Shown: positions 8,912-19,344 of the stretch, piece by piece
How the letters are laid out: every line of letters begins with the position of its first letter
Position numbering within the stretch: position 1 is the first letter of the stretch
Assembly: GCA_964416765.1 (NCBI GenBank)
Contig: CAYQEU010000002.1
Location: forward strand, 78,877 to 142,876
DNA length: 64,000 nucleotides
Direction of reading: 5' to 3'
DNA from: an uncultured Candidatus Saccharibacteria bacterium
Lineage (GTDB): Bacteria; Patescibacteriota; Doudnabacteria; UBA920
Made by a program: the position numbers and the translations under genes
Notes under the pieces: model-generated
The model's database searches: none
What the model was told of the DNA's origin: nothing
Seen by the model: the letters and a program-made list of their open reading frames with translations, nothing else

Positions 8912-11143
8912 TTATGGCCGCATATCCGGAACATCGTCATCATCTGATTCTATGCCGTATTCCGCTTTTTCGTCGTCCGGCACTACGCCATAAACTTCAC
9001 GGGGTTTGGCACCTTCGCCAGGGCCAATAATCCCGTTGTCTTCAAGGAGGTCGAGCAGGCGGGCGGCGCGGGCGTAACCAACACGCAGGCGGCGCTGGAG
9101 CAATGAAGCGGAAGCTTTGCCGGCGCGCATGACTTCGGCCTTGGCGTCTTCGTACAAGTCATCGTCCACGTCCTCTCCCCCGAGACCCGGAACACCGGAG
9201 TTGCGCTTGGGCTTCTCGGTAATCTCTTCGTCGTAAATAACAGCGCCAGTCTGTCCCTTAAAGAATTCAACAACGCGCTTCACTTCTTTCTCGCCAATGT
9301 AAGCGCCTTGCACGCGGCGCGGTTTGGTGAACTCGGCGGAGACAAACAACATGTCACCATTGCCCAAAAGTTTTTCCGCGCCGGAAGAATCCAAAATAGT
9401 GCGACTGTCAATTTGGCTGGCAACGGCAAACGCGACACGGGTGGTGATGTTGGCTTTAATCAAACCGGTGATGATTTCAACAGAAGGACGCTGGGTGGCC
9501 AAGACGAGGTGAATACCAACGGCGCGCGCCATTTGCGCGAGACGGACAATAGCCGCTTCAACTTCCTGCTGGGCTACGGCCATAAGGTCCGCCAACTCAT
9601 CTACCAACACTACAATGTAAGGAAGCTTCAATTCATTGTCTTCGTTATATTCAGAAATGTTGCGCTTGCCAGCTTCGCTCAAAAGTTTGTAGCGGCGGTC
9701 CATTTCCGCCACGGCCCACTTAAGTGCGTTAATCGCTTTGTCGCTTTCCGTAATAACCGGAGTGAGCAAGTGAGGAATACCGTTGTACAAATTCAATTCC
9801 ACGCGCTTCGGGTCGACCACAATGAACTTCACATCCTGCGGGGTGTTGCGGTAAAGCAAAGAGATAAACAAAGAGTTAATGGCCACGGACTTACCGGTAC
9901 CGGTAGCACCGGCAATGAGTAAGTGGGGCATCTTGGCAAGATCGGCAATCATGGGCCGGCCGGCAACGTCACGACCAAGGCCCAGAGCCAGCTTACCCTT
10001 AAAGTTAACAAAATCAGTGGTTTGCATAACTTCACGAAGGCGCACAATAGCCGTGGATTTATTGGGGATTTCAATGCCTACCAAAGCCTTTCCTGGGATC
10101 GGCAATTCCATGCGAATCGAGTGTGCGGACAAAGCCAAAGCCAAGTCATTTTGCAAAGCGGCAATCTGGGAAAGTTTGACGCCCATGGCCGGGCGCAAAG
10201 TGTACTGGGTTACTGTCGGGCCGACATTCACTTCCCCCATTTCCACGTCGATGCCAAAGTCACGCAAAGTTTGGTGGATGAGAGTGACGTTATTTTCAAT
10301 GTTGCCGCTGTCGACTTCGGTCTTGTTATCATCAAGCAAATCAAATGGCGGCAGTTTCCAGTCCCGGCGGTCCTTCAGCTGAATCGCTTCCAGCTTAATG
10401 CTGTCGCTAACGGGAGCCTGGACTTTAATTGGAGTCGGTCTTTGCATTCGCTCGGCAACTTCTTCTGCCTTGTCATTCTTGTCTACCACTTCTTCTTCCA
10501 CAAACTCCCCGTCGCTGTCTTCCTCATCCTCTTCATCGTTCATGGAGTTGATGGTAACCTTGTCGGTTTTTTCACGACGGACTAACTTAAGCAAATGCGC
10601 TGGCGCGATGTTGAAAGTAACAAGAACGCCGATGACAATTAAACCGAGCAGTACCAACAAGCCACCCCATAGTCCCAGCAACGCGTGCAGTGGTCCGGCC
10701 AAAAGAGCACCAAGATAACCGCCGCCGCGTCCCTGCCCAGCAAGGCCAAACGCGTCAGTAGTTTCACTCAACAAAAGCATGTGAACGAACCCCGCAATAC
10801 TGGCAACCAAAAGCAAAGCGCCTAAGTAAGTGCGGGCGTACTCGTATTCACCGGTTTCTTCGTCCTGGTCCATGCGGAACAATGCCCAGGCAATGGACAC
10901 AAACACAACCGGGGTCAGGAATTCCATGAAGCCGAACAGTTTGCCGAACAAGGAAGCCAGCGCGGTGCCCAAGGTACCGGCTAGACCAAGCAGGCTCAAC
11001 CCGGTAATGCCGGCGAGTATGACGAAGATTATGATGGCGATTCCCCGTTTGGTTTCGGGGGCTAGGTTTAGTTTAGGTTTCGGGAGGGAGTCAAAACGGC
11101 CGTTTCCGTCTTTTTTACGGGAGTCTCTTTGTTTTTTAGCCAT
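8912..11143 (-). CDS. ftsK: DNA translocase FtsK/SpoIIIE
   Basis: 743 aa with N-terminal TM segments, a linker, an ATPase domain (GATGTGKS Walker A) and a winged-helix gamma domain. Confidence 0.95.
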   Translation of the reverse strand: MAKKQRDSRKKDGNGRFDSLPKPKLNLAPETKRGIAIIIFVILAGITGLSLLGLAGTLGTALASLFGKLFGFMEFLTPVVFVSIAWALFRMDQDEETGEYEYARTYLGALLLVASIAGFVHMLLLSETTDAFGLAGQGRGGGYLGALLAGPLHALLGLWGGLLVLLGLIVIGVLVTFNIAPAHLLKLVRREKTDKVTINSMNDEEDEEDSDGEFVEEEVVDKNDKAEEVAERMQRPTPIKVQAPVSDSIKLEAIQLKDRRDWKLPPFDLLDDNKTEVDSGNIENNVTLIHQTLRDFGIDVEMGEVNVGPTVTQYTLRPAMGVKLSQIAALQNDLALALSAHSIRMELPIPGKALVGIEIPNKSTAIVRLREVMQTTDFVNFKGKLALGLGRDVAGRPMIADLAKMPHLLIAGATGTGKSVAINSLFISLLYRNTPQDVKFIVVDPKRVELNLYNGIPHLLTPVITESDKAINALKWAVAEMDRRYKLLSEAGKRNISEYNEDNELKLPYIVVLVDELADLMAVAQQEVEAAIVRLAQMARAVGIHLVLATQRPSVEIITGLIKANITTRVAFAVASQIDSRTILDSSGAEKLLGNGDMLFVSAEFTKPRRVQGAYIGEKEVKRVVEFFKGQTGAVIYDEEITEKPKRNSGVPGLGGEDVDDDLYEDAKAEVMRAGKASASLLQRRLRVGYARAARLLDLLEDNGIIGPGEGAKPREVYGVVPDDEKAEYGIESDDDDVPDMRP

Positions 11144-11203
11144 GTATCTATATAAATCGAAAAATCAATAAAAATGGTAGTAAAATCAGATAAATTATAC
11201 CAC

Positions 11204-13114
11204 CTATTTAAGTTTATATATAGATATGCCGTTCTGGCTGTAAGCAGGCTTAAGGCCGCTCGCGGCCAGTTGGCCCTCTAGGGCCGGATACTGCATGTTT
11301 AAGAGGTTATCAACCACCAGAAAGTCTGCTGGAACCCCATCTAGAGCTTCTTTTTTGCCGGTTTTAAAGAAATCCTGGACTTTCATGAGCCGGTCATTGT
11401 AGTCGATCCCATGGGTATAGAGCCAGGTAATATAGCCAACCGTAGCCGTCCGGCCCGCCCCAATGGTCACCCCGTTTAATAAAGACTCTTCGCTCACGTT
11501 AACCGCGGCAGCCGAGAGTACCACCGCGTCATCGCTGCTGTTAGCACGCAGCCAATTGCTGGCTGCCCTCTGCTCCGGGGTAAATTCAGTAACAGTGTTT
11601 TTTACGTTAATTATTATGCCGCGCAGTTTCATAATGGGAATAGGAAGTGACGCCAGCATTATCAAAAACAAAATAGCGAAGCCGGCTTTCTTGGCCCACC
11701 CAATCCATGTGTTAATGGCGAACACCGCGGCAATTCCCGAAAACAACACGGCGTAAACAAAAAGTTTGTTAGTGTCGAAGTCCCAGGTTTGCAGCTGGAC
11801 CAGGTTAGGAATGAGCCAAAGCGCGAGTCCCCCGAACATAAAGATATAGTAAGCGTCACCAGCGCGTCGCCTAATACCGGACAAGGAAAGCAATGGCAGC
11901 AAAAGTAACGCGCCGAAATTGGCAATCATGAAAACAATCCAGGGGTAAAACTTAGACGCGCCCGGGAACGGCAGATTCAATCTCCCCACTTCAGTGGAGG
12001 AAGTCATCCAACCGAAACGCAGCAAAGGCACGCCGCCCAAATTGTACTGCGGCGCGATGAACATGATGATGAGCGGGACAATGGCGGTGAATGTTCCGTA
12101 GAACACGACGCCCCGAATGAAGTCGAATGCCATGGGGTTGCGACGAAGAATATAGTAGACCAGCACAACGGCATAGAAAATTCCACCGGCAAAGAAACTG
12201 TGGCTATGGGCGAGGGGCAACAGCCCAAACAAGAACCCGGCCCACTTCCAGGCAGTTAGGTTTTCTTCCCGCACGCCACGAACAAATGCGAGCAAAGAAA
12301 ATAGCAACAACGGCAAACCTAGAACAAACGCGCGCTGTACCGTAAGGAAGCTGGCGACTAGTCCGGCGTAGTTAATGTGCTGTTGGGGAAAAGTAATAGA
12401 GAGAGCGTCCGCGTTAAAGTTGTAATGGTAAATGTACGCCAGACCGCCGCCGAACAAAACCAGGACGGCAACTAAAACCGATTGCCAACGCGTGAGCCCC
12501 AACGCCCGGCAAAGGGCAAGCAGGCCGTAAAGCAGGGCGAAAATAAGGAGAATAATAGGGAGATGGTAGGAAGCAGTAAGTACTGAGCCAAACTTCAGCA
12601 TGACTCCCGAAAACTGATTGATAAGGTACGGATAACGAATGAATTCCCCAGCGAAGTTCGGCTCTTCAAAATGCCAATTCGGACTTTGGGCCACGCGTTC
12701 CACTTGGGACAAGTGGTACACTACGTCCACGGAAGCATTGCGGGGAATATGGGTTTCGATATTGCCGGTTAAAGTGCGGGACTGGAGGAAACACAAGAAT
12801 AATCCCAGTACCACAACCACCCCGGCTATCCAGTACAATTCTTTGCCAAAGCCGTTCCAGAGTTTTATGCCCCTGCCGCCGCGCATCCAAAGCACCGCCG
12901 CAACCAAAATCATAATTCCCAAACTTACTCCCGCAGCCGCTCCAGTAGGCAAGACAAAAGAAAAAGCAGAGGTGAGCAAACTGCTTACGACAATTCCGAA
13001 CGGGACGCTGACAACCAAAGCCTCACGGCCTGACTTAAACACAGTCGAACCAAGTCGTCGGATAATGAAGAAGCTGGCAGCTATGGTTAAAACTAAATAG
13101 ATGATCCCAAACAT
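11204..13114 (-). CDS. large polytopic membrane protein, possibly a GT-C-type glycosyltransferase (PMT/ArnT-like)
   Basis: 636 aa with more than 12 TM helices and a C-terminal soluble domain. The call is from architecture only. Confidence 0.4.
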   Translation of the reverse strand: MFGIIYLVLTIAASFFIIRRLGSTVFKSGREALVVSVPFGIVVSSLLTSAFSFVLPTGAAAGVSLGIMILVAAVLWMRGGRGIKLWNGFGKELYWIAGVVVVLGLFLCFLQSRTLTGNIETHIPRNASVDVVYHLSQVERVAQSPNWHFEEPNFAGEFIRYPYLINQFSGVMLKFGSVLTASYHLPIILLIFALLYGLLALCRALGLTRWQSVLVAVLVLFGGGLAYIYHYNFNADALSITFPQQHINYAGLVASFLTVQRAFVLGLPLLLFSLLAFVRGVREENLTAWKWAGFLFGLLPLAHSHSFFAGGIFYAVVLVYYILRRNPMAFDFIRGVVFYGTFTAIVPLIIMFIAPQYNLGGVPLLRFGWMTSSTEVGRLNLPFPGASKFYPWIVFMIANFGALLLLPLLSLSGIRRRAGDAYYIFMFGGLALWLIPNLVQLQTWDFDTNKLFVYAVLFSGIAAVFAINTWIGWAKKAGFAILFLIMLASLPIPIMKLRGIIINVKNTVTEFTPEQRAASNWLRANSSDDAVVLSAAAVNVSEESLLNGVTIGAGRTATVGYITWLYTHGIDYNDRLMKVQDFFKTGKKEALDGVPADFLVVDNLLNMQYPALEGQLAASGLKPAYSQNGISIYKLK

Positions 13115-13120
13115 GGTTAA

Positions 13121-13154
13121 AGTTTAACATAAAAGCCCCTCACTTGAGGGGCTC
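13121..13154 (-). terminator. terminator downstream of the hsp20 gene
   Basis: On the minus strand the hairpin agcccctcaagtgaggggct is followed by tttatgtt. Confidence 0.6.
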
Positions 13155-13159
13155 TAAAC

Positions 13160-13795
13160 TTATAATCCTTTGACCTTAACTTTCTTGGTCTTGGCTTTGG
13201 CAGCCTTTGGAATGATGATGGTCAGGATGCCGTCCTTGTAGTCAGCTTCAATGCTTTCGCTGTCGATGTCGACCGGGACAATCACACTGCGGGAGAACCC
13301 GCCCCAGTAGCATTCCTGGTAGAAATAGTCGTCCTGGGCAATCTTTTCTTCTTTGACGCGTTCACCCTTGATGGTGACCATATCGTTAGCCACGGTAATG
13401 TCGATGTCTTCGGGACGTACACCGGCAATTGTAGACTTGATGATGACATTGTCCTTGGTTTGGTACATGTCGATGTTCAAGGCGCCTTCATAATCGCTCA
13501 TCCAGTCTTCTTCCCGCTGGTCACCCTGGGGAGCTGGCTCGATTTCAGCGTCGTCTTCTTCCTCTTCTTCTTCGTCAGCTTCGGCATCATCGCCCTCTTC
13601 CGGGTCACCCTCTTCGGCCTGGCCTTCATCTTCCTCATCATCTACGTACTCTTCTTCATCCACCTCCACGAGCTCTTCGGAGTCATCTAACTCGTCGTCC
13701 ATCTCACCCGGAGTCTCAATTAGGTCTTCGTCGGGGTCTGAGGCAACGTCTCCTCCCATAATCTTTCCAAAAAATGATTTTTCTTTCTTAGGCAT
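13160..13795 (-). CDS. Hsp20/alpha-crystallin small heat-shock protein with a poly-acidic N-terminal extension of about 100 aa
   Basis: The C-terminal alpha-crystallin domain (…DMYQTKDNVIIKSTIAGVRPEDIDITV…ILTIIIPK) is preceded by a D/E-rich region. Confidence 0.8.
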   Translation of the reverse strand: MPKKEKSFFGKIMGGDVASDPDEDLIETPGEMDDELDDSEELVEVDEEEYVDDEEDEGQAEEGDPEEGDDAEADEEEEEEDDAEIEPAPQGDQREEDWMSDYEGALNIDMYQTKDNVIIKSTIAGVRPEDIDITVANDMVTIKGERVKEEKIAQDDYFYQECYWGGFSRSVIVPVDIDSESIEADYKDGILTIIIPKAAKAKTKKVKVKGL

Positions 13796-13858
13796 GGTAA
13801 AACGTTAATCTATATCCATAGTAGGGTATATAAACGCCGCCGTCAAACCTGTGAAACC

Positions 13859-14986
13859 TTATTTTAAAAGGGTGTTTATGGCGGAAATTACCGCTTGTCC
13901 AAGCCTGTTTTCCTGGGTTATATCTTGCCAGGCAGAGTTGGCCTGGAGCGACTCTCTAAAATCGTGGGTGGTTATTTCGGCATGTGTCCATTCAGCCAAC
14001 TCAGAAGGTTTCACACCGGTAGAAACGGGCATTATAAGCCCTTTTTCCATAAGGTAGTTATAGTTGTGCTCTTCCTGCCCTGGAAGCCAGTGGGTAATTA
14101 GCAAGGGCAGCTGCCACTGTAGGCTCTCTGCTACAGAAAGTCCCCCGGGCTTGGTTACAAAGATATCGGCAATAGCATAGAGCTTGGCCATGGGTTTAAA
14201 GTAGCCGAACACTATGGCCTGGGTGCCGGAGAGGGCAGTTTCGAGTTCATGGCGCAGGGATTCATTTTTGCCGCAGACTATGACCACCCGGGCAGTGGGC
14301 GATTTGGCTTTGAGAGCATCCACAAACTCCCGGTAGTAGGAGACTGCCACACCGGTGCCAAGGGAACCGGAAGCCATGAGGACTACCGGAGCCTTAGGGG
14401 AGATACCCAGCTGGTCCAATACTTCAGCAGTATCTACAGTAGCGCGGGGCTTTAAAGTAATGCCGCAGACCGCAATTTTCTTTTCCCCTATCCCCTGCTC
14501 CCTCATAGAAATTTTTTGTTCAGGGATATTGGCTAGGTAAAAGTCGGCGTTGTCATAAACCCAATACGGGTGGAAGTGGTAATCGCTAAACGCAATGGCA
14601 AACTTTCCCTGGTAGTCACCGGCTTTTTTTAAGTGGCTGACAATTGCGGATGCCGTTGTTTGAGTGGTTATGACCAGGTCAGGTTCAAAGTCGGCAATAA
14701 GCTGGGCGGCCCGGTCGGAGTTGCCGGCAGCAAGAGGAACCCTCAAAGGAAGAGACAGTTTTGTGAACAGTTTGTTGTTATACAAAAACTTCCATACGAA
14801 TGGAAGATGTTTGTTGACGAACTGGTGGAGGGAGGTTCCGAGTTTGACGAGTGGGCCAGATTGGACTTCGAGGATGTCTTCCAAACGCACGTCATAACCG
14901 GCATGGCTTAAATGCCAGCCGATGTTTTCAGCGATGATCTTGTGGCCAAGGCCGACAGAGGTGTAGAAGATGAGGATGCGTTTCAT
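13859..14986 (-). CDS. GT28-family diacylglycerol glycosyltransferase (UgtP/MGDG-synthase-like)
   Basis: 375 aa. The N-terminus ILIFYTSVGLGHKIIAENI matches the MGDG synthase N-domain, and the C-terminal region resembles the glycosyltransferase 28 C-domain. Confidence 0.7.
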   Translation of the reverse strand: MKRILIFYTSVGLGHKIIAENIGWHLSHAGYDVRLEDILEVQSGPLVKLGTSLHQFVNKHLPFVWKFLYNNKLFTKLSLPLRVPLAAGNSDRAAQLIADFEPDLVITTQTTASAIVSHLKKAGDYQGKFAIAFSDYHFHPYWVYDNADFYLANIPEQKISMREQGIGEKKIAVCGITLKPRATVDTAEVLDQLGISPKAPVVLMASGSLGTGVAVSYYREFVDALKAKSPTARVVIVCGKNESLRHELETALSGTQAIVFGYFKPMAKLYAIADIFVTKPGGLSVAESLQWQLPLLITHWLPGQEEHNYNYLMEKGLIMPVSTGVKPSELAEWTHAEITTHDFRESLQANSAWQDITQENRLGQAVISAINTLLK

Positions 14987-14992
14987 ACGAGT

Positions 14993-17515
14993 CTATTTTA
15001 AAAGTGTTCGTATAGCGCTTTTTGTCTCTTCTTGAGGTATCAATTCAAAATTATAATGAGAAAATACTTCTAGACCTTTAGAAGGTTGCGATGATTTAGT
15101 CATCCTTTGGAAAACTAATTGCTTATACTTAGTATCCAAATTCTCTGCGAGTTGCTCACCTTTGCTTTCTAATATATATATCAATTCTAGCTGATCGTTT
15201 TCATTAGTTTTTGCGATAATGAAATCTGGGTATATTTTATTCTTTCGCCAAGCCTGTATTTTATAAAATCCTGGAGCAACTTTGTTTCTCATCCACCATA
15301 ATACTTTATCTTGATTTTTCAATTCTTCTACTATTTCTTTTTCGAGAGAATTCATTGTGACGTAGTCTACAGCTAGATGTAGCGATTTAGAGTCGCGAAT
15401 GATTGGTACTAAGACTTTTTCATCACTCTCATCTCTTTTAGCTGGGGCAAAATATGTTTCGGGAACGTTATAACCTCCTTCTTTCGAAATCGCTAAAAAA
15501 ACGGTCCCTTGATTAACTAATTCATCAAATACCGATTCTTCATTCTTATGACACTCTTTTCTTACAAAGCTGGAAAGCTCATGGGCAATGTAGCCAAAAT
15601 CTGTTTCAATGACTTCTCGAGAAAACTTTTCTTCAAGCTTATAAATTATTCTACTTACAAACTCATATGCTACAAAAGGGTTACTAATATATTCTGATAA
15701 AATTTGAGAAATAATATACTCATCTCCGCCCTCAATATTCTCTTTCTCGTAATTTTTGCCTTCTCCCTTATAATTACCTCCCAAAAAATACTGCAGATCT
15801 TTACCGCGTATTTTTTGCCTTCCTATGCTTTGTTCAAGCTTTTCTATTATGGGACTTACATCAATTTTTAACCAATCAATTCTTTGTTGGATATCACTAC
15901 TGTAAGACAAAACTCGAATTCCTTTAGAATCTCTTATGTGCCAGACAGGTAATTTTAAAGATTGTGGAAATTTATTTTTTATTTGTTCTTGAATCGGGAA
16001 ACCATAGTATAACAAGCTTTCCCCACTAGCACCTGAGCTACCTTTAACCGTGTCGATTACATCTTCTAGACCATCAGCTTCGAGTGACTTTTTTATACCC
16101 TTAAGTAATTCTTCACTATCAGCATGATTAAAATATGTATAACATTCATCAAGCTCAGGAATACCAGTTCTCTTGGTATAAGGCTGACGTAAAACACGCC
16201 CCACTAATTGAGTTAATGAGGTAACACTTCGTGAAGTTGGTATCACGCCCAAAACATAAGCAAAAGGGCAGTCCCATCCCTCCATCAAAGCTTGTTTCGT
16301 TATAATATATCTTATATCACAATCTTGAGATAAAAGTACTTCATTTTTTAAATCATCCACATAGGCAGTTTTTACCGCTATTTGAGATACAGGAACTCCC
16401 ATCTCTACCAAATATTCTTTGACATCATCAGCATGAACATGGATTCCATCACGTTTCTCTTTACCTGTCCGCTCAGCTTGTAAAAGAGCTATGGGACGAA
16501 TATAGTATCCCTTGTGTTCTTTATAGTTCTTAGCAATAATTTCTAATTCATCTCTTTTTTCTCTAACATCGTGAATCATCTCTCTCCAATTGTCATTGGT
16601 TTCAGGCCTCACATTTATTGGCAATTTAATCATTTCATCACGATATAAATCCATTCCCTTTATCTTTATAAGAACGTTCATACCATTTCTAGGAGTAGCA
16701 GATAGGCCTATTATGCATCGTGGGTTTAAAGAATCCAAAACCCTCCGTTGAGATTCAGTATAGATTTTGTGAAATTCATCAATAATAAAAAGAGGATTGC
16801 ATACTCTTATAATATTTCCAAGACTTGTCTTAATAGCTTTTTTAGCAAAAATAGTATCCTCCAAATATTCAAGCATCGGAAACTCTTCTGTCAAAGCGTT
16901 TACCTTCGGTTGATCTTGCTCATCAGGAAAAAAATCCAAAAAGGAACCATTGTCTTTAAATATTTTAAGATTTTCTTTTGTTTCTTGATTCGCTGACTGT
17001 ATCATCAGTATCAAAACGATAAGGTTATCATTTACATCTTGAAATCTCAAAGCGTCACTTTTTTGAACCACCAAAGTTCTATCTCCGCTAATCTGATCAA
17101 GAATTTGTCTGTATGGACTAGTCTTATCTTTTAATTTCTCTAACGTTTGTTTATATATTGATTCGCTATGAACAATCCAAACTACTAGACCTGTTTTTCT
17201 TTCTAAGAAATTCTCCTGAAAAACTCTTATGGTTTCAATACCCAGCAAAGTTTTGCCTCCCCCTGTTGGTACTTGCAAGCAGAGTCGAGGATATAACATT
17301 CCATTTGCTTCGGGGAAATCAGAAAATGCCGCATATTCAAGAACTGTTTCCTGCATTTTTTTTACAGGATCCACTATATCCTTTATCATTTCCTGCATCC
17401 CATTCGCTTTCAACTTTTCTATTTTTTGTTCATAGGAAGAAAGTTCATTTTTCCAATGAAGAAAATACGTCTCTAATGCCAGCACGCTTTTTTGTTGCGA
17501 ACTTTTTAAAACCAT
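14993..17515 (-). CDS. res: Type III restriction endonuclease Res subunit (SF2 helicase plus C-terminal PD-(D/E)xK nuclease)
   Basis: Motif I PTGGGKT, motif II IIDEFH, motif III LSATP and motif VI QLVGRVLR are present. The C-terminus carries YPDFII…ELIYILESKG, a PD…ExK nuclease motif. The region is AT-rich. Confidence 0.85.
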   Translation of the reverse strand: MVLKSSQQKSVLALETYFLHWKNELSSYEQKIEKLKANGMQEMIKDIVDPVKKMQETVLEYAAFSDFPEANGMLYPRLCLQVPTGGGKTLLGIETIRVFQENFLERKTGLVVWIVHSESIYKQTLEKLKDKTSPYRQILDQISGDRTLVVQKSDALRFQDVNDNLIVLILMIQSANQETKENLKIFKDNGSFLDFFPDEQDQPKVNALTEEFPMLEYLEDTIFAKKAIKTSLGNIIRVCNPLFIIDEFHKIYTESQRRVLDSLNPRCIIGLSATPRNGMNVLIKIKGMDLYRDEMIKLPINVRPETNDNWREMIHDVREKRDELEIIAKNYKEHKGYYIRPIALLQAERTGKEKRDGIHVHADDVKEYLVEMGVPVSQIAVKTAYVDDLKNEVLLSQDCDIRYIITKQALMEGWDCPFAYVLGVIPTSRSVTSLTQLVGRVLRQPYTKRTGIPELDECYTYFNHADSEELLKGIKKSLEADGLEDVIDTVKGSSGASGESLLYYGFPIQEQIKNKFPQSLKLPVWHIRDSKGIRVLSYSSDIQQRIDWLKIDVSPIIEKLEQSIGRQKIRGKDLQYFLGGNYKGEGKNYEKENIEGGDEYIISQILSEYISNPFVAYEFVSRIIYKLEEKFSREVIETDFGYIAHELSSFVRKECHKNEESVFDELVNQGTVFLAISKEGGYNVPETYFAPAKRDESDEKVLVPIIRDSKSLHLAVDYVTMNSLEKEIVEELKNQDKVLWWMRNKVAPGFYKIQAWRKNKIYPDFIIAKTNENDQLELIYILESKGEQLAENLDTKYKQLVFQRMTKSSQPSKGLEVFSHYNFELIPQEETKSAIRTLLK

Positions 17516-17518
17516 ATA

Positions 17519-19132
17519 TCAGCTTCTAGCAAATAGACTAAAGGGTAGCTGAACAAACGAAATATTATATTCATCTAATATTTCTTTGTCTAGAAAGCAG
17601 GCGGGAGCGTATACTATTTTCCTTCCACTTTTATCCTTCACAAGTTCTAGCCAATCTCTCGTAATTGCTAGCTCCTTTAGGTCTTCGATTGAATTTGCGT
17701 ATATCAAATATACCCCAGTTCTTTTGGCTGCAGATAATATTTCCCAGGTCTCATCAGGCTTTTCTACCTGATCAATTGGATTACCGGTAGCGAGATAATG
17801 TACATATTTAGCAAAGTTACTCCAGGTCGGCAAATCTTTCCCGGCCAAAATTTTTCTTCCTTCAATAGAAGGTCCGAGTTTATAATACGTAAATCCGTCT
17901 TTGAGCTTATCCCTTTCAATAACTTTTTTTACACGATCACGCGTTATCTCATGTACGTAATTATACCCGGCTGCTTTTGCTTGAGTTTTCTCCGCTAAGG
18001 TTTCGGGTAGCTGTACCAGAATATATTTCATATTTAATTCTTTTTCTTGATTTAATTCCAATACAGCTTGTGCAGTTGTCCCTGATCCGGCAAATGAATC
18101 TAATATTATAGAGCCCTCTTCGGCGACTACACCGATTATGCGTTTTATTAATTCAGGAGGCTTTGGATTATCAAAAACTTTTTTGCCAAAGAGTTCAGCC
18201 ATAGAATCAGCAGCATCTTTATTGGTAGTACTATCAATAAAAAGCATGTCTTCGATAGCCAAAATCGATCTCATAACTTTTCCCGTTGGCTGTCTCACTT
18301 TATGCAATACTGTCCAACCCCCATTTTTATTCTTTTCGAATTTTATATCTCCCGAGGCAAGCTTCGCGTGAAAAGTCTTCTCAGAAACTTGCCATGTACC
18401 TTTTTTAATAACTTCACCATCCGGAAGCTTAACATCGTATATAATTGGATTATTTAGACCTGGCCTTGATAAAGTGTCCCAATAAAATTTACTTATTTTA
18501 TCCTCTTCCTTGTACCTTTTTAAATATTGCTCTGTGTAGGAAACTCTCCACTTATCATGAGAGTTTTTCTCATTGGTATATACCAACACATACTCGTGAT
18601 CCACTGCAAAAAACTGTGAGTCATTACCACCTCCATTTCTTTTTTTCCATACTAGATTGGCAATGTGATTTTCTAATCCAAAAATTTCATTCATTAAACT
18701 TATTAGGTTGTGTACCTCGTTTTCATCTATAGATATAAATATCACACCATCCTCTGCAAGGAGTTCTCTCAAAAGTTTTAATCTTGGTGTCATCATGCAC
18801 AACCATTTGTCATGCCGGGTTAGATCCTCGCCTTCTTTACCGACTGTTTTACCAATCCATTCTTTTATAATAGGATTGGCAACATTATCATTGTAAGACC
18901 AGCCTTCCTCTCCGGTATTGTAAGGGGGATCAATATAAATACATTTAATGTTGCCTCGGTATTTAGGTAATAAAGCTTTTAAGGCCAATAAGTTATCGCC
19001 TTCTATTATTAAATTTTCTTTATCGTTTAAACCAGGAATAGAGTTCGGAACATCTTTATCTAACGTATGATAAGGCACGGAAAGATGATGATTCCATACC
19101 GCCGCTTTCCCTTTAAAATTTAATGAAGCCAT
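17519..19132 (-). CDS. mod: Type III restriction-modification Mod DNA methyltransferase (beta-class N6A/N4C)
   Basis: DPPYN (motif IV) lies before FAGSGTT (motif I), and the gene is immediately upstream of res. Confidence 0.85.
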   Translation of the reverse strand: MASLNFKGKAAVWNHHLSVPYHTLDKDVPNSIPGLNDKENLIIEGDNLLALKALLPKYRGNIKCIYIDPPYNTGEEGWSYNDNVANPIIKEWIGKTVGKEGEDLTRHDKWLCMMTPRLKLLRELLAEDGVIFISIDENEVHNLISLMNEIFGLENHIANLVWKKRNGGGNDSQFFAVDHEYVLVYTNEKNSHDKWRVSYTEQYLKRYKEEDKISKFYWDTLSRPGLNNPIIYDVKLPDGEVIKKGTWQVSEKTFHAKLASGDIKFEKNKNGGWTVLHKVRQPTGKVMRSILAIEDMLFIDSTTNKDAADSMAELFGKKVFDNPKPPELIKRIIGVVAEEGSIILDSFAGSGTTAQAVLELNQEKELNMKYILVQLPETLAEKTQAKAAGYNYVHEITRDRVKKVIERDKLKDGFTYYKLGPSIEGRKILAGKDLPTWSNFAKYVHYLATGNPIDQVEKPDETWEILSAAKRTGVYLIYANSIEDLKELAITRDWLELVKDKSGRKIVYAPACFLDKEILDEYNISFVQLPFSLFARS

Positions 19133-19135
19133 AGA

Positions 19136-19318
19136 TTATTTAACTAGGGAATTATACAAAAACTTACCCAGATCGGTCTTTTCTATTCTGAATTCTTTAC
19201 CTATTTTATAAGCCTTTAGCTTTTTGGCTTTTATCTTACGGTATATAGTAATTTTATTTAGTTTCAGCATTTTCGCTACCTCGTATGGAGTGTAGTAAAA
19301 TTTTGATTCTTTGATCAT
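19136..19318 (-). CDS. excisionase-family HTH DNA-binding protein; a possible controller or remnant of a mobile element
   Basis: 60 aa. The stretch YTPYEVAKMLKLNKITIYRKIKAKKLKAYKIGKEFRIEKTDLGKFL matches the HTH_17/excisionase pattern. Confidence 0.7.
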   Translation of the reverse strand: MIKESKFYYTPYEVAKMLKLNKITIYRKIKAKKLKAYKIGKEFRIEKTDLGKFLYNSLVK

Positions 19319-19322
19319 ATAG

Positions 19323-19344
19323 TCAGTATACTTTTGTATACACT
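19323..19344 (-). promoter_or_regulatory. tandem palindromic GTATAC-tttt-GTATAC operator-like site directly upstream of the HTH gene start
   Basis: The plus strand reads agtatacttttgtatacac. It lies 5-27 nt upstream of the HTH ATG, in the position expected for a ribosome-binding site. Confidence 0.45.

Noticed and set aside
9308-11171. Plus-strand ORFs of 100-220 aa inside ftsK
   Set aside because: They are antisense to ftsK and have no motifs.
14993-17515. The possibility that the 840-aa helicase-nuclease is a novel defence protein rather than a Type III Res
   Set aside because: It has the complete set of SF2 motifs plus a C-terminal PD…ExK, and it sits directly downstream of a beta-class Mod with DPPY before FxGxG. 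That is canonical Type III organisation.
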